Origin: Bifidobacterium longum subsp. longum JCM 1217
GTDB lineage: Bacteria; Actinomycetota; Actinomycetes; Actinomycetales; Bifidobacteriaceae
Assembly (NCBI RefSeq): GCF_000196555.1
Contig: NC_015067.1
Coordinates: 90,001-122,000 of the forward strand
Length of the DNA stretch: 32,000 nucleotides
Direction: 5' to 3'
Notes under the pieces: model-generated
The model's database searches: none
What the model saw: only the letters and a program-made list of their open reading frames with translations
Told to the model about the DNA's origin: nothing
Shown: positions 9,075 to 15,343 of the stretch, piece after piece
Layout: each line of letters opens with the position of its first letter
How positions within the stretch are numbered: the first letter of the stretch is position 1
Made by a program: the position numbers and the translations under genes

Positions 9075-9494
9075 TCATCGGAGCGTCAGCTGTTTGCTGG
9101 CGATAATCGCGACTGCTTCGCGATCTACCGGAGCCCAGTTCAATGTCGGCATATCGGCAGGATTCAGCCATCGGATATCAGTATGCTCGGTGAGATGCGG
9201 TGTGCCGGCGATGAGGTGACAGACGAATGTAGTGAGCCGTACGGTCCCAAAGTCGTAGGCGTATTCGCTGGTGCACACTTCTTCCGCGACTTCAACTTCG
9301 CATAACAGCTCTTCTTCGATTTCGCGGTGTAAAGCCTGCCGCGCTGTTTCATGAGGTTCGATTTTGCCGCCGGGGAATTCCCAGTATCCGGCCAACGACT
9401 TCCCCGGACCGCGTTGTGCACATAGTACGGTGCCGTTGGTGACGATTGCGGCTCCCACGACGTTAATGATTTTGCGTTCCGGATCCATGAACAA
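9075..9494 (-). CDS. NUDIX hydrolase, MutT/NudG-like (deoxy)nucleoside-triphosphate pyrophosphohydrolase
   Basis: 139-aa ORF with a NUDIX box 'GGKIEPHETARQALHREIEEELL', preceded by 'VVGAAIV.NGTVLCAQRG...LAGYWEFPGG'. Its stop codon (9075-9077) directly abuts the first possible start codon (9074) of the helicase-nuclease ORF. The likely start is the ATG at 9488; 9494 is a TTG. Confidence 0.9.
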   Translation of the reverse strand: MFMDPERKIINVVGAAIVTNGTVLCAQRGPGKSLAGYWEFPGGKIEPHETARQALHREIEEELLCEVEVAEEVCTSEYAYDFGTVRLTTFVCHLIAGTPHLTEHTDIRWLNPADMPTLNWAPVDREAVAIIASKQLTLR

Positions 9495-9629
9495 CCAGGA
9501 TACAACGCTTCAAGATCCACAAGCGATCCACGATCCTCGACAGTTTCGCAAGAACGATCCTGATTCAATCGGAACTACTGGAATCGCAGTGTTCTAGGGC
9601 ATTTGTGGAACGAAAAGAAAGGCTGATCA

Positions 9630-10883
9630 ATGGTGAATGAACGGCAGACCGATACGTGTGCGGACGTGATGTACAGGCGTGAACGGCAGAGAGGCTGTGG
9701 CGAAGCAGGGCTGGACTTCGCCCCTTTCATTCCCTCACAGGATGAAGTTGATCAGCAGATGAGCGCATTGGATGACAAGCTTGTGTCCAAGGCTCAGGAA
9801 CAATACGCGAACCGAGAAATCTATCCTTTGGACGAGTGCTATCAGTTGGACGGGTCGACGTTTATCTCAGCCGAGGCGTTTGAAGAGATTCTTGGCGACG
9901 AGCAAACGCATTATATGGCTTGGAAAAACGGCTGTATTGATAAGCTGTCCATTGATTATTGGGAGATGCCGGATGTGATGGCCTATCTTGTGGAGCGCAG
10001 CATTGCGGAAGGTGACGGCGGTGAATGCTGTTATACGGATGCTCAGCCGATTGATTATGCGGAAGATTGTGCGTACTCGCCCAGCGAGATGTTGGAGTGC
10101 TTAGGCGCCAATTGGCAAGAGCAGGGTGTTGCCGATGATGGTTTGAGTTACGCGTTGTACGGGCACCCGAATATCAATGTCGAGAACGTGTCCGGTTCGA
10201 TGATGGTCGTATCGACGGAGCAGCCTGGGCTTTCGGTGATGGTTGATTATCGCAGCGGAATTTGGGTGGTCCAGCCGTTTGCCCATGACGAGTCATTTGG
10301 GTCTGCGATTCAGTTTGGTGAGCGGCTTGCGCCCGTTGAGGCTGGCCTTTTGCGGCCCAATGTCTATCAGCATTTTTTGGAGGCGAAACATGCGTTTGAT
10401 TACGCAATCGCGTGGATTGAAGATGTTGGGGAAGGCGCTCTCGACTATTGTGGTAGCCAAGAGAAGCGATCCGTTTCCGAGGTGAGATTCGGGAGCGATC
10501 CGACTCTCGGCAGTGATTCATCTACGCAGACAAGCCAAAGGAGCCTCGCCATGATTCTCGTCACCACCACCCCGTCCGTCGACGGATACACCATCACCAA
10601 CTACCAGGGCATCGTCTTCGGCGAAGTGGTATCCGGTGTGAACATGTTCAAGGATCTTGGCGCGGGCCTGCGCAACATGTTCGGCGGCCGCAGCCAGGGC
10701 TATGAGGAGGAGCTGATGCGCGCCCGCAACGAGGCCATCGCCGAGATGCAGCAGCGCGCGGAGGCGATGGGGGCGCACGCCGTGGTCGGCGTGGACATCG
10801 ACTACGAGGTGCTCGGCGCCGACAACGGCATGCTGATGGTCACCGCGTCCGGCACCGCCGTGCAGATCGCGCGTACGGCCTGA
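9630..10883 (+). CDS. 417-aa composite ORF: 307-aa very acidic orphan region read in-frame into a YbjQ (UPF0145) domain
   Basis: No stop codon occurs between 9630 and 10883. GAAAGG lies 8 nt upstream of the ATG at 9630. The N-terminal 307 aa have about 55 D/E against about 19 K/R by my count, and I recognise no motif in them. Confidence 0.55.
10551..10883 (+). CDS. ybjQ: YbjQ/UPF0145 family (heavy-metal-binding-domain-like) protein, probable independent start inside the longer ORF
   Basis: AAAGGAG lies 7 nt upstream of the ATG at 10551. '[29 protein letters not shown]...' is the canonical N-terminus of ~105-110-aa stand-alone YbjQ proteins. GC content rises sharply at this point. Confidence 0.75.
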
Positions 10884-10964
10884 GTCCATCGAGCACAGCC
10901 TGGGCCCGGACTCGTCCATCGAGCCGGGCTTTGTCGGTTATCGTGACGCATTGCACTGACGCTC

Positions 10965-11429
10965 ATGACCATACGAATCGAAGCATACGACCGGCTGCCC
11001 GACGCGGCCCGCGCCATACGCGAGCAGGTGTTCATCCGCGAACGCGACTGGCGGCCGGAATTCGATGAATGGGATGCCGCGTCCGCGCATCTGCTGGCGT
11101 TCGATTCGGTCGATTCGCCCGATCGCCCCGGCCCGTCCGCGCAATCGGCCTCGCCTATTCAGTCCGGCCAGCCCGACCAACCCGGGCGATACATCATCGC
11201 GCGACTGGCGGTGCTGCCCGAGGCGCAAGGCAGGCACATCGGCTCGCGGCTGCTGGCCGACGCCGAACGCCGCATCGCGCAAGCCGGCGGAGCCATGGCC
11301 GCCGTGCACTCGGAAAACGACCACTACAAGTTCTACGAACAGCGCGGCTACCGGCTCACTGACGAGGTCTATGAAGGCGGTCGTCACGGCTGGCTGGTCA
11401 AGGACTTGATTCTTGGCTCCGAGAATTAA
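10965..11429 (+). CDS. GNAT family N-acetyltransferase
   Basis: 154-aa ORF. The acetyl-CoA binding region is 'LAVLPEAQGRHIGSRLLADAERRIAQAG' and the C-terminal string 'FYEQRGYRL' is typical of GNATs. Confidence 0.85.
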   Translation: MTIRIEAYDRLPDAARAIREQVFIRERDWRPEFDEWDAASAHLLAFDSVDSPDRPGPSAQSASPIQSGQPDQPGRYIIARLAVLPEAQGRHIGSRLLADAERRIAQAGGAMAAVHSENDHYKFYEQRGYRLTDEVYEGGRHGWLVKDLILGSEN

Positions 11430-11509
11430 GGGCCGCTGTCTGTCCCGCGCCGTGTTCAAATCGCTGCAATACAGCGAGTTCGAAGCATCCTGTATGAATT
11501 GCTGGACGA

Positions 11510-12376
11510 CTACAGCGCGCAGACAATCAGATAAATCGCCACGACGTGGCAGGCGTACCCGATGACCGTGCCCAAGTGAAACACCTCGTGGAACTCGAAC
11601 CAGCCGAGAACGGGGTTCGGCTTGCGCAGCGCGAAGCATACAGCGCCGGCGATATACGCGGCGCCTCCGCATGCGATGAGTATGGTCGCAGCCGGACCCA
11701 CTGCGGGAGCCGTCCATAGCTGCGGAATAAGCGTCACCGGCGCCAATCCCAGCACAACATACACAGTGGTGAACACCCAGTTCGGGGTGCGCAGCCAGAC
11801 GATATGCAGTATCGTGCCGATCGCCGCGGTCACCCAAATCACCGTGAGATATGGCCGGCGAATCGCCGGGCTGAGCGCGAACAGCACGGGTGTGTTGGTG
11901 CCGGCGATGATGAGGAAGATGTTCGAATAATCGATGCCGCACAGTACGCGAGTCACCTTCGCGCTGCGCCACGGCACGACGTGCAGCAGCGCGCTGTTGC
12001 CGAACAGCAGCATGGCCGAGGCACCGTACACTGCGCAGGCCGCTTTGACCGAGCCGGCCGGCGCGATGCAGATGAGTACGATGGACGCCGCGATGCACAG
12101 CGGCAGGGTGGCGAGGTGAAGCCATCCGCGCAGTCGCGGCTTGCGATTGCCGAATGCATCCACGGGGACGATCTGGCGCTTGATCGCCTTCAGTGCGGCC
12201 TTGGCTTGGCGGTAGCGCGATTGCGCGGCCCTGTATCGGGCCGATGCACGGTCCAGTGCGGTGGGGTTGGCGCTTGCGCTGGATTTTTGACTCGCGGTTG
12301 CGGAAGGCGCAACTGTTGCGGCGGAAGCCATGGTTCGTCCAGATGGCGTGCTGATGGAAACGCTCATACTGATCAC
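11510..12376 (-). CDS. hemolysin III / PAQR family membrane protein
   Basis: 288-aa ORF with 7 predicted TM helices. It has 'LRGWLH' before TM1 and 'FHEVFHLGTVIGYACH' near the C-terminus. The S/A-rich N-terminal extension makes the exact start uncertain. Confidence 0.85.
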   Translation of the reverse strand: MISMSVSISTPSGRTMASAATVAPSATASQKSSASANPTALDRASARYRAAQSRYRQAKAALKAIKRQIVPVDAFGNRKPRLRGWLHLATLPLCIAASIVLICIAPAGSVKAACAVYGASAMLLFGNSALLHVVPWRSAKVTRVLCGIDYSNIFLIIAGTNTPVLFALSPAIRRPYLTVIWVTAAIGTILHIVWLRTPNWVFTTVYVVLGLAPVTLIPQLWTAPAVGPAATILIACGGAAYIAGAVCFALRKPNPVLGWFEFHEVFHLGTVIGYACHVVAIYLIVCAL

Positions 12377-12470
12377 CTCGCTATGGCCGGCGACGCTCTC
12401 CCGACCACTAACCTACGCTACCGTAACCTAGTATAGGCCCGCGCAATAATCAAGGTTGATTTCGTAATGC

Positions 12471-12707
12471 TTACAGTTCTTCCGTGGTGTGGTATTCGGT
12501 GGTGCGGTTGCGGAATACATCGCCGAGTCTGTGAACTCGTATTATGCGTGTCTGCTGGGTCCGACTTGTGTCGGTTCCTGATTTCGGATTGCTGCGAATG
12601 ATGCGCCCGACGCCGCCCCGCCAGTTGCCGGATTCGTACGGCTCGGCCGTTCGGCCGAGCTGGTCGTCGGTGACTCCAGATACTTCGTTGGTTTCGTCTC
12701 GGTTCAT
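12471..12707 (-). CDS. hypothetical small protein. The N-terminal half resembles the 'PYE.G.W' region of actinobacterial RHH-type antitoxin-like proteins; it may be a decayed remnant.
   Basis: 78-aa ORF in an AT-richer patch containing 'DDQLGRTAEPYESGNW'. There is no convincing Shine-Dalgarno sequence and the C-terminal half has no recognisable RHH. Confidence 0.3.
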   Translation of the reverse strand: MNRDETNEVSGVTDDQLGRTAEPYESGNWRGGVGRIIRSNPKSGTDTSRTQQTRIIRVHRLGDVFRNRTTEYHTTEEL

Positions 12708-12790
12708 GATGTTATGTAATGCTAGTTTATGGCGGATGGAAAGTTGAGGAAAGTTAAATCTGCTTCATGGGCTTCTCTCTGATCTGTATT

Positions 12791-13105
12791 TGTCCCGGTT
12801 CATATGTCAATCGTTTGACCTGTCGACCGGGGCAGAATCCGCTGTCCCGGTCGGCGATTTCGGCTTGTTTTCGTGAACCGGGACACTCCGGTTTCCTCAA
12901 CTCATATCGTCTGGCAGACGGAATCGGCGGAATAAGGCCGATTCTGGAATTGGCACGTTGTCCCGGTTTTCGCATAAATCGATTGACATTTATACCGGGG
13001 CAACAAAAATTGTCCCGGTTTGCAAAGATCGCCCGAAATCGCGAACCGGGACAGCGGATTCTGGCCTGGCTTGAACGTCAAACGATTGATGCAGGTACCG
13101 GGACA
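12791..13105. repeat. nested inverted/tandem array of nine TGTCCCGGT / ACCGGGACA motifs
   Basis: Plus-orientation copies start at 12791, 12843, 12959 and 13011. Inverted copies start at 12827 (variant ACCGGGGCA), 12877, 12994 (variant), 13045 and 13097. Motifs recur with ~168-bp periodicity. The outer ~61-bp arms (12791-12851 vs 13045-13105) are imperfect reverse complements that include an exact 19-mer, 'cagaatccgctgtcccggt' / 'accgggacagcggattctg'. Confidence 0.85.
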
Positions 13106-13169
13106 TTTTCCGCCACGAAAGTTGGGCCATAAGTCTCAAGTCCTAAGCCCCCCCTGAAAAACGGCGCTT

Positions 13170-13215
13170 GCCCGAACAAAGCAAAAGGGCTGGAACCTTC
13201 CGATTCCAGCCCTTT
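13170..13215 (-). terminator. rho-independent terminator downstream of tRNA-Leu
   Basis: Read on the minus strand: AAAGGGCTGGAA-tcggaagg-TTCCAGCCCTTT followed by TGCTTTGTT. Confidence 0.7.
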
Positions 13216-13221
13216 AGTTGC

Positions 13222-13307
13222 TGGTGCGAGTGGGGGGAGTTGAACCCCCACGAGCATACACTCACTGCCACCTGAAGACAGCGCGTCTACCATTCCGCCA
13301 CACTCGC
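13222..13307 (-). tRNA. tRNA-Leu (anticodon CAG), class II with long variable arm, CCA encoded
   Basis: The reverse complement folds by hand. Acceptor GCGAGTG pairs with CACTCGC, followed by ACCA. The anticodon stem is CTGTC/GGCAG with loop TTCAGGT. The T-arm is GGGGG-TTCAACT-CCCCC. Confidence 0.9.
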
Positions 13308-13520
13308 AGACAATCGACTAACTTACACCCGGCTGGGTAATCATGCAATCTTCGGCGTGTCGCATGGGAGGCAGGGATATATCGCTTGTGGGTCTCCTGC
13401 GGGCGCCGTGATCTTTGAGGGTGGCGGCACTCCCCTCAGTCACTTCGTGACAGCTCGTCCGCAATTAAGGACGGGCCTTGCCTGCAACCTGCTGGTTCGA
13501 CTATCGTCTCACCTTCGACT

Positions 13521-13545
13521 ACAAACAGCCCACTGGGCTGTTTGT
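13521..13545. terminator. hairpin downstream of tgt (possibly bidirectional)
   Basis: ACAAACAGCCC-act-GGGCTGTTTGT, an 11-bp perfect stem about 70 nt past the tgt stop. The T-tract is only modest on either strand. Confidence 0.5.
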
Positions 13546-13613
13546 TTAACGTCTCAGCCTCAGCGAGGGGAGCAGAGAGAAGTTCGGCACAAGCCGCAAC
13601 GAAGGAGAAAAAC

Positions 13614-14927
13614 TCACAACCCTGGCCGGCGCTCGCCGTTGCCGTAGAAGTGGGCCAACGCTTCGTCGCGGAACTCATCAAAGTATCCGCCGTCGATCGA
13701 GGCGCGGATGTCGTCCAGCAGCTTCACGAAGAAATGCTCGTTGTGAATCGTGGCCAACGTGAAGCCGTTGAATTCGCGTGCGCGAAGCAGGTGGTCGACG
13801 TATGCGCGCGAGTAGTGACGGCACGTGTAGCAGTCGCACCCTTCCTCCAGCGGCCCGAAATCGAACTTGTGCTGGGCGCGCTTGATGTTGTACCGGCCGG
13901 CGCGCGTGTAGATCGCGCCGTTGCGGGCGCAGCGCGCGGGGGCCACGCAGTCGAAGGTGTCGCCGCCGTTCTCCACGCACGCGAAGATATCGTCCACGGA
14001 GGCGATGCCCAGCACATGGCGCGGCCGGCTCTCCGGCATCGCGTCGCAGATCCAGGCGCAAGTGTCGCCGATGACGCGTTTCTCGATCGCGCCGCCGATT
14101 CCCACGCCGTCGAAGTCCAGAGAGGCGATTTGCGAGGCCGCACGTCGGCGCAGATCCTCGTAATTCGCGCCCTGCACCACGCCATACAAGGCCTGATAGG
14201 GCTTGCCCAGCCGCTCAGCCGTCAGCCGCTGGTGCTCGTCCACGCATCGGCGGGCCCAGCGGAAGGTGCGCTCCACCGAGTCCTCCTGGTAGGAGCGGGT
14301 GTTCATCAGCGTGGTGAGTTCGTCGAACGCGAACATGATGTCTGCGCCGATTTTGTGCTGGATGCCCATCGAAATCTCAGCGGAGAAACGATGTGCGTCA
14401 CCATTCAAAGGCGACTTGAACGTCACGCCGTCCTCATCCACCCAGGCCATGCGCTCCTTGCCCTTGGCGATGATGTCGTCCGACTTCATGCCGGTCACGT
14501 CCATTGCCAGCGTCTTCTTGAAGCCGACGCCCAGCGACATCACTTGGAAACCGCCAGAATCGGTGAACGTGGGCCCATCCCAGTTCATGAAACGCGCCAA
14601 GCCGCCGGCCGCGTCCAGCACGTCCTCGCCCGGGCGCTCGAACAGGTGGAAGGCGTTGGCCAGCAGGCACTGTGCGCCTAGATCCTTCATCTGCTCGGGC
14701 AACACGGCCTTCATCGCGGCTTGCGTGCCCACCGGCACGAAGGCAGGCGTGCGAATATCGCCGTGGGGCGTGTGAATGATGCCGGTGCGGCCGTATCGGG
14801 CACCGTCTCGCCCAAGCCCGCTGGCCGTGGATGGCAGGCGGGTGATCGTTTCGAAATGGAAGGCGCTGCGGTCGCCGGGCTGTCCGGGCTGTGCGCCCAA
14901 CGGATGTTCAAGAAGGCTGATCGTCAT
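13614..14927 (-). CDS. tgt: tRNA-guanine transglycosylase (queuine tRNA-ribosyltransferase)
   Basis: 437-aa ORF with 'TDSGGFQVMSL', the zinc-site string 'CDCYTCRHYSRAYVDHL' and 'LATIHN'. Confidence 0.95.
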   Translation of the reverse strand: MTISLLEHPLGAQPGQPGDRSAFHFETITRLPSTASGLGRDGARYGRTGIIHTPHGDIRTPAFVPVGTQAAMKAVLPEQMKDLGAQCLLANAFHLFERPGEDVLDAAGGLARFMNWDGPTFTDSGGFQVMSLGVGFKKTLAMDVTGMKSDDIIAKGKERMAWVDEDGVTFKSPLNGDAHRFSAEISMGIQHKIGADIMFAFDELTTLMNTRSYQEDSVERTFRWARRCVDEHQRLTAERLGKPYQALYGVVQGANYEDLRRRAASQIASLDFDGVGIGGAIEKRVIGDTCAWICDAMPESRPRHVLGIASVDDIFACVENGGDTFDCVAPARCARNGAIYTRAGRYNIKRAQHKFDFGPLEEGCDCYTCRHYSRAYVDHLLRAREFNGFTLATIHNEHFFVKLLDDIRASIDGGYFDEFRDEALAHFYGNGERRPGL

Positions 14928-14981
14928 ATGTTCACTTTAGGCAGAAGGGCCAGAAAAGGGCCGGAAATTGTGAAGAACTCG

Positions 14982-15173
14982 GTTTCGAGGGGCGGATTTC
15001 GCCGCTCCCGAACGTCTACTTCCGCTTCAAGGGGTTCCCGGTCAAGTAGGCCGGCTGCAAAAATGGCGGAATGGCGTTAAATGAGGGCCCTTGATACTCG
15101 GAATTGACCGCGCGAACAGCCCCTTGAAGTGCAAGTAGATGTTCCCGAAACAGGAAATCAGCCCCTCGAAGCC
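14982..15173. repeat. ~190-nt imperfect-palindrome intergenic element (copy 3 of 3)
   Basis: Collinear with 4274-4464. Shared blocks are 'gtttcgaggggcggatttcgcc' (14982-15003), 'ggcggaatggcgtt' (15065-15078), 'cagccccttgaag' (15118-15130) and 'gaaatcagcccctcgaagcc' (15154-15173). Confidence 0.8.
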
Positions 15174-15343
15174 GAGATGCCCATAAGACTCTGCGATGAT
15201 TACGCATAGACTTTCAATCAACGTTCAGAAAACCTCCAGATTGACTGCCTTTACTACTGAGGTAGCACACGAGAAGTGGCAATGGGCAAGTGCCCGAATA
15301 GCCGCCGAACAGACGTGATAGGAATTTAGGAAAAGGAGCAGCA

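Noticed and set aside
12791-13105. Possible CRISPR array
   Set aside because: The repeated unit is only 9 nt, occurs in both orientations, and has irregular spacing (about 25-75 nt). The 'spacers' are themselves repeated, and no cas genes are in the window.
12754-13132. ORFs 12754..12975 (-) and 12767..13132 (+) inside the TGTCCCGGT array
   Set aside because: Both frames are generated by the repeats themselves (recurring 'PG' and 'RLT' strings). They have no SD sequence and overlap each other on opposite strands. The region is better explained as non-coding repeat DNA.
13308-13613. SRP RNA, tmRNA, RNase P RNA or 6C RNA in the tRNA-Leu/tgt spacer
   Set aside because: I could not find the conserved cores on either strand. 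These include the SRP domain IV 'GGAAGGAAGCAGC'-type motif, the tmRNA tRNA-like ends, the RNase P 'GAGGAAAGUCC' motif and C-rich 6C loops. It is kept only as a low-confidence structured region.
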